Below, piece after piece: positions 25,720 through 33,135 of a stretch of 33,135 nucleotides of DNA. Made by a program: the position numbers and the translations under genes. The notes under the pieces were generated by a model. The model saw only the letters and a program-made list of their open reading frames with translations, was not told where the DNA came from and ran no database searches. Source of the DNA: Clostridia bacterium (GTDB taxonomy: Bacteria > Bacillota > Clostridia > Oscillospirales > CAG-272); the NCBI GenBank assembly GCA_017540285.1, contig JAFYBI010000208.1, positions 1 to 33,135 on the forward strand. The letters run 5' to 3'. How positions within the stretch are numbered: the first letter of the stretch is position 1; each line of letters begins with the position of its first letter.

Positions 25720-26826
25720 TTACTTCGCGTTTCGATAGTACGCCACCGCCAGGTCCACGACCAGTCCGTAGCTCTTCGCGCCGGGCGTTCCCTGCATCAC
25801 GAGGTAGGTGTCGTTCACCTTATCCGATACGGTCGCGGCGGTGTTTTCGCGGTATTTATCGAAAAACACGCCGTAGCAGTAGAGATCGTACCGCACGCGC
25901 ACGTCGAGGGTTTCCGCGATCGCCTTCCGCACGTCCTTCGCCCCGGCGGACGAAAGCGCGGAGGAGAGGTATTCGTAGAGATTCAGATACCCGGAATACT
26001 GCATGTACGGGTCGTCGGACGCGATGCACACGAGGAACGCCATGAAATTGGCCTCGTCCTCCCGCGCGATCCCCCGCTGATGCGCCATCTCGTGCGCCGT
26101 CGTGTAGACGTTTACGAAATAGGGGTAATTCGTGTTCAGATTCGCCTCCCCGGTGAAGAACGTGTACATCCCGGAGATGTGCGTGTAGGTCATATAGTCG
26201 GAGAGGACGATCTCCTTCACCGGCGCGTCGAGGCGGGCGAGAAAATCGCAGTCCTCAGAGACCTTATCGTAAGCTTCGAGGCAGAGGCGCACGCACTCGT
26301 CGTGGCTGTACGGACGCACGGAGCCGTCGTCATAGAAGATCATGATCTCGTCGGCCAGGCCGTTCAGCCGGTCCACCACGATCCGCGCCGTGTCCGCGAG
26401 CTCGTCCGCCGTCACCTTCGTGCGCTCGATCCCGAGCTTTTTGTCGAGCCCGGTCGTCAGGTAGCCCGCGCCGAACACGAAGACGAACATCGCGTAGAGC
26501 AGCACGCCCGCGGAGAGGATCCCGATCAGCGCGCGCGCAAAATACCGCCGGCTCCGGGCGCCTTTGCGGCAGGCGAGGACGATCACGGCGACGAGGATCA
26601 CCGGACTCCCGAGCAGAAGAAACTCCGCGAGGGAAAAGGGGATCCACCCGGTGAGGCGCGCGAGAACAATGCGGAGGAACGAGGACACATGCCCGTTGAA
26701 CGCATCCGCGAAGGTCGGGGAGGAAATGCAGCCGAGATGGATGCCGAGCGCGGCCAGCCCGAGGAGGAAGAACACCATCGAGAGGGCCGGCACATAGCGG
26801 TTGACGCGGCGGTAAAGTCGTACCAT
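25720..26826 (-). CDS. DUF3810 family membrane zinc-metallopeptidase-like protein
   Basis: The start is set at ATG 26826 (MVRLYRRVNRYV) after AAGGAG. The signature is ISGMYTFFTGEANLNTNYP...TAHEMAHQRGIAREDEANFMAFL...YSGYL, which includes HExxH. The track ORF extends to 27177 into the neighbouring gene. Confidence 0.82.
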   Translation of the reverse strand: MVRLYRRVNRYVPALSMVFFLLGLAALGIHLGCISSPTFADAFNGHVSSFLRIVLARLTGWIPFSLAEFLLLGSPVILVAVIVLACRKGARSRRYFARALIGILSAGVLLYAMFVFVFGAGYLTTGLDKKLGIERTKVTADELADTARIVVDRLNGLADEIMIFYDDGSVRPYSHDECVRLCLEAYDKVSEDCDFLARLDAPVKEIVLSDYMTYTHISGMYTFFTGEANLNTNYPYFVNVYTTAHEMAHQRGIAREDEANFMAFLVCIASDDPYMQYSGYLNLYEYLSSALSSAGAKDVRKAIAETLDVRVRYDLYCYGVFFDKYRENTAATVSDKVNDTYLVMQGTPGAKSYGLVVDLAVAYYRNAK

Positions 26827-26837
26827 GAGAAACTCCT

Positions 26838-27764
26838 TCATTCGGGAAGGGATGGGGGCTCTGCGGGCAGGCCCAGCGAGGCGAGGAGGGCCGTCATATC
26901 TGCGGGGAGCGGCGCCGTGACGGTCATCTCCTCCCCGGTCATGGGGTGCGGAAAGGTCGTTTGCCAGGAATGCAGGGCGTGACGCGGGATCAGGGGCGAG
27001 GCCGTTCCGTAGAGCGAATCCCCCGTGATCGGGCAGCCGATGCCGGCGAACTGCACGCGCAGCTGATGCGTCCGGCCCGTGAGGGGCGAGCAGAGCACGA
27101 GGCTGCGGCCGTCCGATTCGGCGAGCACCCGGTAGCGCGTCACGGCGAGCTTGGCGCCGTCCGCGTCGGGGGAGCACTCCTCGCGCTCGATGACGCTGTC
27201 CGGTTTGCGGCGCATGTACGAGCGAATCTCGCCCGCGCGCTCTGCGGGAATCCCGTCGAGGACGGCGAGATAGCGCTTCGCGATCCGGCCCTCGGTCATC
27301 GCCGCGTACATTTTATAGGAGGCGTCCTTCGTGTTCGAGGTCAGCATGCAGCCGCTCGTGTCCCGGTCGAGGCGGTTGACCGGGCGGAAGACATAGACGC
27401 GGTCGCGGTAGCGGTATGCCAGCGCGTTCGCCGCGGTGTCGAGGTGATGGCCCTGCGAGGGGTGGGCGGGCATGTCCGGCGGCTTGTTCACGGCGGTGAT
27501 CCATGCGTCCTCATAGAGGATCCCAAGGGGCAGATCCGACGGGATGAGATACGGACTGACGTCCTCGGGGCGGTCCTCCACGGCGAGGGAGAGCACCTCG
27601 CCCTCCCGGAGCACGTGGCGCACCGTCACCCACTGTCCGTCGACCCGGATGCCGTTTTCGGAGAATTTCAGCCGTTTCAGGAGATTCGAGGAATACCCGA
27701 GGTCGCGGGTGAGGAACTCGCGGATCGTCTTCCCCGCATGCGCCGGGCTGACGCGGATGTCCAT
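26838..27764 (-). CDS. RluA family pseudouridine synthase (RluD/RluC-like, with an S4 domain)
   Basis: 308 aa. It has an S4-like N-terminus (IREFLTRDLGYSSNLLKRL...GIRVDG) and catalytic blocks AVNKPPDMPAHP, PVNRLDRDTSGCML and RTHQLRVQFA. Confidence 0.88.
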   Translation of the reverse strand: MDIRVSPAHAGKTIREFLTRDLGYSSNLLKRLKFSENGIRVDGQWVTVRHVLREGEVLSLAVEDRPEDVSPYLIPSDLPLGILYEDAWITAVNKPPDMPAHPSQGHHLDTAANALAYRYRDRVYVFRPVNRLDRDTSGCMLTSNTKDASYKMYAAMTEGRIAKRYLAVLDGIPAERAGEIRSYMRRKPDSVIEREECSPDADGAKLAVTRYRVLAESDGRSLVLCSPLTGRTHQLRVQFAGIGCPITGDSLYGTASPLIPRHALHSWQTTFPHPMTGEEMTVTAPLPADMTALLASLGLPAEPPSLPE

Positions 27765-28112
27765 TCAGCTCTCCACCGGACGCCAATAGGTGTAGAACGC
27801 GATGATCGTGCGCTCCTCGCCGCCGTGTTCGAGGTCGTGCGCCGTGATGACCACGCCCTCGAGCGAGAGGAGCTCCCACGCGTAGAGATCGTCGATCTTC
27901 GTGCGCATGACGGTCTCCGCCCCGCAGTAGACGATCAGCTCGTCCTCCCGCTTCACGATGACGCCCGCGCGCCCGATGACCTCCTCGATCCCGTCGATCC
28001 GCTCGGTCACGCACTTGATCGCGCGCTCGTTCAGGTAGTTCGCGAGATCGTTCTTGTACCGTTTGGAATGAACGTTTTTGCTCTTCGTCCAGCCCTTTGT
28101 TTTTTTAAGCAT
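27765..28112 (-). CDS. Hypothetical 115-aa protein
   Basis: GC-rich third codon positions support this frame. ATG 28112 follows GAGGTGG (the track uses GTG 28118). Its TGA stop abuts the ATG of the pseudouridine synthase gene directly (TGAATG). I recognise no family. Confidence 0.6.
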   Translation of the reverse strand: MLKKTKGWTKSKNVHSKRYKNDLANYLNERAIKCVTERIDGIEEVIGRAGVIVKREDELIVYCGAETVMRTKIDDLYAWELLSLEGVVITAHDLEHGGEERTIIAFYTYWRPVES

Positions 28113-28178
28113 TTCCACCTCATAAACACGTTAACAATTTGTGAACCCTGCTGAAATTGAACTTTTTTTCAAAAACTA

Positions 28179-28207
28179 TTGCAAAATCAGGCGCGAGGGG
28201 CTATGAT
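28179..28207 (+). promoter_or_regulatory. Candidate sigma-A-type promoter for the ABC/DUF1854/ABC operon
   Basis: TTGCAA (28179-28184), 17 nt spacer, TATGAT (28202-28207). This implies a leader of about 200 nt. A second plus-strand TATAAT at 28246-28251 has no -35. Confidence 0.4.
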
Positions 28208-28259
28208 TAAGAGACTGTGAAAGCCCGCCCGGATTTTCACACGCGTATAATCTTCTTTG

Positions 28260-28288
28260 ATTATATCACAAAAGCGCCTCCGTGGAAA
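28260..28288 (-). promoter_or_regulatory. Candidate sigma-A-type promoter for the 28112-to-lower-coordinates minus-strand gene run
   Basis: Read on the minus strand: TGaTATAAT (28268-28260) with a weak -35 TTTCCA (28288-28283) at 17 nt. Confidence 0.4.
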
Positions 28289-28404
28289 CAGGAAAATATG
28301 AATTTTTGCGAAGAAATTCACCACTTCCCGACTCCCGACGGCCCTTTCCCGTTCGATTCGGAAAAGCGGTCCCCGGGATGCACGGCGGACAATGCAAGAA
28401 AGGC

Positions 28405-30810
28405 ATGGAACAGCTTATGCTTCCGCTTGACAAATTTTCGGATGCGGCCGCGTCGGCGATGCGGGACAGGGGGTTCGCCCCGGAAGCCCTCACCTTCGCC
28501 GTGCGGATGGATCTGGATTTCGACGGAAACTTCGGCGAATCGTGGCTGGTGTATGAAAAGGACACCCGCACGATCCACCGCCTCCTCGGCGATCCCGACT
28601 CCATTCCCCGCAAAAAGCAGAAACACGGCCACACCGACCTCGACGACTACGGAAAGACCGAATACGCAGCGTCCGTCTCCTACCTCGACAGCTTTTCGAT
28701 GGACTACACCTCCGATCTGAACGTCGACACCTGCCTCTCCTCGACGCGTCTGCTCGTCCTGACGCACAAAACGCCCCGCCCCGAAGTCGACGAAGACCTC
28801 GAGCGCGAGGAAAAGGACAAGATCTACGAGGCGTGGAACGAAGACGCCGTCACCGAGATCAAGGCGCAGAGCACCAACGCGACCCGTCAGCGTCTCTTCG
28901 CGTTCTGCGAGCTCGTCGAGCGGTTCCTGCGCGGCGACGATGTCGGGGACGACGACCAGATCTTCGAGCAGTTCAACGCGAAATGCCCGAAATGCGGCCA
29001 CGTCTACGAGAATCAGTACCGCAAGGTCTGCACCCACTGCCAGAACAAGAACGCCATCATCCGCCGGCTGCTCGAATTCCTCGTGCCCTACAAGTGGCAG
29101 GTCGCCCTTGTGATCTTCTGCATGATCGCCTCCTCCGCCATCTCCCTGGTGAGCCCGATCATCAACGGCCGGATCCTCTACGACAACGTCATCAACGCGC
29201 GCGGCAAGTGGCACTCTCTGACGAAGCTCTTCATCGTGCTCTCCGTCATCGTCGCCCTCGCCCTGCTCTCGCTCTTTGTCAACATCATTCAGAACCGCAC
29301 GAACGCGAAGCTCTCGACCCGCATGATGAAGCAGATGAAGCAGAAGGTCTTCGACTCCCTGCTGTCGCAGTCCCTCGCCTACTTCAACAACAATACGACG
29401 GGCCGCCTCATCAACCGCGTCAACTACGACGCCGAGCGCATCCGCTCGTTCTACATCGACGGTCTGCCGCCCTTCATCATCAACGCCCTGAACTTCGTCG
29501 GCCTGACCTTCTTCCTCTTCTGGCTGAACTGGAAGATGACCCTCATCGTGTTCATTCCGGTCCCGCTCATCGTCGTGATCTTCCGCGTCATGCTCCCGAA
29601 GCTGTGGCGGATGTATTCCCGGCAGTACCGCGCGTCCTCGTCCCTCAACTCGATGCTGGGCGACAGCCTCAACGGCATCCGCGTGGTCAAGGCGTTCGCG
29701 AAGGAAGCCGAGGAGACGCACCGCTTCTACAAGTACTCCGACCGCCTGTACGCCGCGAACCTCAAGGTCAACATCACCTCCCTGACGATCTTCCCGATCG
29801 TGTCCCTCCTCATCGGCATGTCCTCGCAGGCGATCTGGGGCTTCGGCGGCCTCGAGGTCATGGGACAGCACATGACCTACGGTGAATTCACCACCTACCT
29901 CGGCTACATCGGCATGATCTTCGGGCCCCTGCAGTTCTTCTCCACGTTCACCAACCTCGTGACCGACACCATCAACGCCGCGCAGCGCATGTTCGAGGTC
30001 CTCGACATGGTCCCGGACGTCATGGAAGACCGCGAGCCCATCGTGAAGGACACGTTCGAGGGCGACATCGAGTTCAAGAACGTCTCCTTCCATTATAACC
30101 CGAACCGCCCGATCCTGAAGGACGTCAACATCAGAATCCACGCGGGCGACAACATCGGCCTCGTCGGGCACACCGGCTCCGGAAAGTCCACCATCGCGAA
30201 CCTCATCACCCGCATGTACGACCCGATCTCCGGGCAGATCCTCATGGACGGCACCGATCTCAAGAAGATCAAGATGTCCTCCATCCGCAAGAACATCGCC
30301 ATCGTGTCGCAGGAGATCTTCCTCTTCCGCGGCACCATCGCCGACAACATCCGCTACGCCCGCCCGGACGCCTCCATGGAGGAGGTCATCGCGGCGGCGA
30401 AGGCGGCGAACGCCCACGACTTCATCGTCCGGCTGCCCGAAGGCTATGAGACCGAGGTCGGCTCCGGCTCCCGCTCCCTCTCCGGCGGCGAGCGCCAGCG
30501 CGTTTCCATCGCCCGCGCGCTCCTCATGTCCCCGTCGATCCTCATCCTCGACGAGGCGACCGCCGCCATGGACACCGAGACCGAGCGTCTGATCTCCGAT
30601 GCGCTTGCCAAGCTGGTCGAAGGACGGACCTGCATCACCATCGCGCACCGTCTCTCCACCCTCAAGGACTGCAACTACCTCTTTGTCATCGAAAACGGCG
30701 AGATCGCCGAGGAAGGCCCGCCGGACGAGCTGCTTGCCCGCGGCGGCGTCTACTACAAGCTGTATAAACTCCAGAGCGAAGCCATGAGAAAAGTCCTCTC
30801 CGGCATGTGA
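28405..30810 (+). CDS. ABC transporter ATP-binding/permease protein (type I exporter half-transporter) with a ~235-aa N-terminal cytosolic extension ending in a zinc ribbon
   Basis: The transmembrane domain has six helices from KWQVALVIFCMIASSAISLV, plus TTGRLINRVNYDAERI. The nucleotide-binding domain has GHTGSGKST, LSGGERQR, ILILDEATAAMD and IAHRLS. The N-terminal extension contains CPKCGHVYENQYRKVCTHC (28984-29040). The start is uncertain: 28405 is chosen, with alternatives at 28378, 28417 and the track GTG at 28282. Confidence 0.88.
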   Translation: MEQLMLPLDKFSDAAASAMRDRGFAPEALTFAVRMDLDFDGNFGESWLVYEKDTRTIHRLLGDPDSIPRKKQKHGHTDLDDYGKTEYAASVSYLDSFSMDYTSDLNVDTCLSSTRLLVLTHKTPRPEVDEDLEREEKDKIYEAWNEDAVTEIKAQSTNATRQRLFAFCELVERFLRGDDVGDDDQIFEQFNAKCPKCGHVYENQYRKVCTHCQNKNAIIRRLLEFLVPYKWQVALVIFCMIASSAISLVSPIINGRILYDNVINARGKWHSLTKLFIVLSVIVALALLSLFVNIIQNRTNAKLSTRMMKQMKQKVFDSLLSQSLAYFNNNTTGRLINRVNYDAERIRSFYIDGLPPFIINALNFVGLTFFLFWLNWKMTLIVFIPVPLIVVIFRVMLPKLWRMYSRQYRASSSLNSMLGDSLNGIRVVKAFAKEAEETHRFYKYSDRLYAANLKVNITSLTIFPIVSLLIGMSSQAIWGFGGLEVMGQHMTYGEFTTYLGYIGMIFGPLQFFSTFTNLVTDTINAAQRMFEVLDMVPDVMEDREPIVKDTFEGDIEFKNVSFHYNPNRPILKDVNIRIHAGDNIGLVGHTGSGKSTIANLITRMYDPISGQILMDGTDLKKIKMSSIRKNIAIVSQEIFLFRGTIADNIRYARPDASMEEVIAAAKAANAHDFIVRLPEGYETEVGSGSRSLSGGERQRVSIARALLMSPSILILDEATAAMDTETERLISDALAKLVEGRTCITIAHRLSTLKDCNYLFVIENGEIAEEGPPDELLARGGVYYKLYKLQSEAMRKVLSGM

Positions 30811-30831
30811 TTCAAAAGGAGGCCAACGACT

Positions 30832-31542
30832 ATGAACGAAACCAAGACCGCCGCCGTGAAGGAAGAGCCGAAGAAGGCGGAAGCCGTCGAAAAGAAGACG
30901 GACGCCGCTCCCAAGGCAGACGAGAAAAAGGACACGGCTCTCGAAGCGAAATCCGAAGCCAAGGAAAACGCCGCCGACAGCGAAAACAAGGAAGAAATCG
31001 ACCCGGACGACCTCTTCAAGCACCGCGTATCGATCAACCTGACCCCCGAGAACGCGTGGTTCTCCCCCTCCGAGGGCGGCCTCATCTCCTTGAAGATCAT
31101 CAACGCGGAGGGCGAGGAGGAATTCTTCGAGCGCGTGGTCATCCGCCGCTCCTTCCCCGTCACCTCCCCGGACGAATTCCTCTCCGTGCGCGAACCCGAC
31201 ACCCGGGCGAAGGGCCGCGGCGCCGAGATCGGCATGATCCGCAACATCCACATCTTCGATCAGAAGACGGTGGATCTCATCAACGCCGAGCTCGACATCC
31301 GCTACTTCACGCCCACCATTTCGAGGATCACCTCCGCGAAGGAAAAATTCGGCTACAACTACTGGGAAGCCGAAACCTCCGCCGGAAAGGTCTCGATCGT
31401 TCTGAACAACCCCTTCTCCAACATCCGCGTTCTCGAGGACGGACGGATCTACATCTTCGACATGGACGGCAACTGCTTCCTGATCCCGGATCCCTCCAAG
31501 CTGGACCGGCAGAGCTTCCGCGCCATCGAAATTTACATCTGA
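30832..31542 (+). CDS. DUF1854 domain protein with a ~65-aa Lys/Glu/Ala-rich N-terminal tail
   Basis: 236 aa with an AAAGGAGG RBS. The C-terminal ~165 aa (FFERVVIRRSFPVT.PDEFLSV...EIGMIRNI..FD..T..LI..EL..RYF.P.I..I...KE.FGY.YW...T..G.....L) match my memory of DUF1854, a family encoded next to or fused with ABC ATPases. This was not verified by a search. Confidence 0.7.
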   Translation: MNETKTAAVKEEPKKAEAVEKKTDAAPKADEKKDTALEAKSEAKENAADSENKEEIDPDDLFKHRVSINLTPENAWFSPSEGGLISLKIINAEGEEEFFERVVIRRSFPVTSPDEFLSVREPDTRAKGRGAEIGMIRNIHIFDQKTVDLINAELDIRYFTPTISRITSAKEKFGYNYWEAETSAGKVSIVLNNPFSNIRVLEDGRIYIFDMDGNCFLIPDPSKLDRQSFRAIEIYI

Positions 31543-31560
31543 CACCGACGGGGGTTCATC

Positions 31561-33135
31561 ATGAAACTGTTCTATGACATGCTGGCGGAGGACCGCGCCG
31601 CATACGATGCCGCCGCCTCCCCGGACGAGGTCCTGATGTACTGCGTCCCCTTCAACGTCTGGGAAGAGAAATTCGTCTCGGGCTGGACCGCCGTCACGGA
31701 CCGCGCGATCTACTGCATCCTCTCGGGCAAGCTCCTCTCATCGATCGAGCTGGAGCGCTGCACGGTGTTCTCGACCGAAGTCCTGTACGGCAACTGCGCG
31801 TTCTACGGCGTGGTGGACGGGACGACGACTCTGATCTGCCAGTTCCTCTCCGGCCGCAACCTGCCGCGCTATTCGGTCCTCGTGCAGGCCTGCGAGGACC
31901 TCGCGAAGAAGCGCCGCGAATCCCGCGCCCCGGGCGATCCCGTCGTCAACAACGACAACGAGCGGTTCTGCCCGAAGTGCGGACGCCCGTTCATCCCGGG
32001 CACAAACATCTGCCCGTTCTGCCGCAACTCGAAGGAAGTCTACGCGAAGCTGTGGGGCCTGACCCGCGGTCTTCGCTGGATGCTCTTCTTCCCGCTCTTC
32101 GTGTCGGTGATCTCGCTGGCGATCCAGTTCATCCTGCCCGCCATTCAGCGCGTCGCCGTCAACGACTATCTGACGAACGAGAAGATCTACCCGCTCGGCT
32201 CCTTTGCCGAGGACCCGCACAAGCGCGCGTTCCTGCTCATCTTCCTCGCGATCATCTCGATCGACCTCGTGCAGCGCGTGCTCGGCGTTATCCAGAGCCG
32301 CCTGTCCGCCGTCGCGGGCAACAAGTTCACCCTCATGATGCGGACGCTGCTCTACGAAAAGATCTCGACCCTGTCGATCTCCTCGATCTCCCACAAGTCC
32401 ACCGGCGACCTCATGGGACGCATCACGGGCGACGTCAACGCCGTGCAGGCCTTCATGACCGGCCAGCTCCCCTCTCTCTTCACGCAGGCGGCCTCCTTCG
32501 TCCTCGCGCTCGTGTTCCTGCTCATCATCAACCCGCTCATGTCGATGTTCGTCTTCGTGCCGATCCCGTTCGTGGTCTGGCTCGTGAAGAGCTTCTGGGC
32601 GACGATGCAGACCCGCCACCGCAAGAACTGGGTCCTCGGCTATCACGTCAACCTGATCTTACAGGACATCCTGAACGGCATCCGCGTGGTCAAGTCCTAC
32701 GGCAACGAGGAGCGCGAGATCGCGACCTTCCACCGCCGCACGGACCGCCACGCCGCGCAGACCGAATCGAACGCGCTCCTGTTCGACACGTTCTTCCCGC
32801 TTCTCGGTTTCGTGACGAGGATCGGGTCCTACCTCATCCTCTTCTACGGAAACTACCTGCTCTTCAAGGGCACGATGAACTACGGCGACCTGCACCAGTT
32901 CAACTCCTACGCGAACATCATCTACGGGCCGCTGCTCTGGATCACGGGCATCCCGCGCCAGATCTCCGCGTTCCTCACCTCGCTCGGCAAGGTCCTGGAG
33001 ATCCTCGAGGAACAGCCCGAGGTCGCGGATATCGGCCTCCCGATCGATATCGACATCGAAGGCGACGTGAAGTTCGACCATGTGACCTTCGGCTACGACA
33101 GCTACAACCCGGTGCTTGAGGACATCAACCTGACC
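31561..33135 (+). CDS. Second ABC transporter ATP-binding/permease half-transporter with a ~150-aa N-terminal PH-like plus zinc-ribbon extension; the 3' end lies beyond the window
   Basis: Absent from the ORF track because there is no stop inside the window. My own frame-1 translation gives MKLFYDMLAEDRAAYD...SGWTAVTDRAIYCIL...ERFCPKCGRPFIPGTNICPFC (31969-32022)...STGDLMGRITGDVNAVQAFMT...GIRVVKSYGNEEREI...IEGDVKFDHVTFGYDSYNPVLEDINLT. This covers the transmembrane domain and the first strand of the nucleotide-binding domain. The frame is open for exactly 525 codons to the window end. Confidence 0.85.
   Translation, partial: MKLFYDMLAEDRAAYDAAASPDEVLMYCVPFNVWEEKFVSGWTAVTDRAIYCILSGKLLSSIELERCTVFSTEVLYGNCAFYGVVDGTTTLICQFLSGRNLPRYSVLVQACEDLAKKRRESRAPGDPVVNNDNERFCPKCGRPFIPGTNICPFCRNSKEVYAKLWGLTRGLRWMLFFPLFVSVISLAIQFILPAIQRVAVNDYLTNEKIYPLGSFAEDPHKRAFLLIFLAIISIDLVQRVLGVIQSRLSAVAGNKFTLMMRTLLYEKISTLSISSISHKSTGDLMGRITGDVNAVQAFMTGQLPSLFTQAASFVLALVFLLIINPLMSMFVFVPIPFVVWLVKSFWATMQTRHRKNWVLGYHVNLILQDILNGIRVVKSYGNEEREIATFHRRTDRHAAQTESNALLFDTFFPLLGFVTRIGSYLILFYGNYLLFKGTMNYGDLHQFNSYANIIYGPLLWITGIPRQISAFLTSLGKVLEILEEQPEVADIGLPIDIDIEGDVKFDHVTFGYDSYNPVLEDINLT

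Noticed and set aside
26827-27177. N-terminal extension of the DUF3810 ORF (the track gives 25720-27177).
   Set aside because: The extension overlaps the 3' end of the RluA-family gene in another frame and is Arg/Pro/Ala-rich. The ATG at 26826 with an AAGGAG RBS gives a normal DUF3810 N-terminus.
28217-28720. 167-aa plus-strand ORF, and a possible leader peptide (MNFCEEIHHF...), upstream of and overlapping ABC1.
   Set aside because: It runs out of frame into the ABC1 coding region and has an Arg/Pro/Thr-rich shadow composition. The only RBS-like sequence is weak.
28318-31545. 1075-aa minus-strand ORF spanning the ABC1 and DUF1854 genes.
   Set aside because: It is the antisense shadow of two clearly recognisable plus-strand genes with Walker A, signature and Walker B motifs. 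Its composition (D/E/G/R/V/A/H-rich) is typical of GC-rich antisense frames, and it crosses a genuine intergenic gap.
31977-33119. 380-aa plus-strand ORF (Arg/Pro-rich), and the 302-aa minus-strand ORF at 31738-32646.
   Set aside because: These are out-of-frame and antisense shadows of the second ABC transporter gene (frame 1 from 31561), which shows canonical transmembrane and nucleotide-binding motifs.

Overview
The window is visibly GC-rich (about 60-65 % by eye, not computed). It looks like ordinary chromosome from a spore-forming Firmicute of the Clostridia type. The basis is gpr, spoIIP, two CotH-family genes, a DUF4364 gene and a SigH-like sigma factor.

I support 28 protein-coding genes. 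Two of them run off the window edges and so are missing from the supplied ORF track: a GH2 glycosidase at 1-1117 (-) and a second ABC half-transporter at 31561-33135 (+).

Gene order:
- Left end: GH2 (-), then yceD-rpmF (+) and a membrane protein (+).
- Minus-strand block: MarR, a duplicated-hairpin membrane protein, a 1260-aa protein, rlmB, a CxxC zinc-ribbon protein, a sigma factor, DUF4364 and an orphan OppA-like lipoprotein.
- gpr-spoIIP (+), then a small membrane protein and a HAD-IIA hydrolase (-), then coaW and a CotH lipoprotein (+).
- A nine-gene minus-strand run: CotH-LTD, GH127, PNPOx-family, stalk-domain protein, DUF3810, RluA-family synthase and a 115-aa protein.
- Right end: ABC / DUF1854 / ABC module (+).

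I saw no rRNA, tRNA, CRISPR array, transposase, integrase or phage gene. Because of the GC content, most large ORFs in the track are antisense or out-of-frame shadows, including the 1289-aa (+) and 1075-aa (-) ORFs.

The most unusual items are:
1. The ABC-DUF1854-ABC module, in which both transporters carry N-terminal PH-like plus zinc-ribbon extensions.
2. The 1260-aa protein, which fuses a ~695-aa acidic disordered region to a P-type-ATPase-like core with degenerate catalytic motifs.

All family calls rest on motif recognition by eye. No database search was run.
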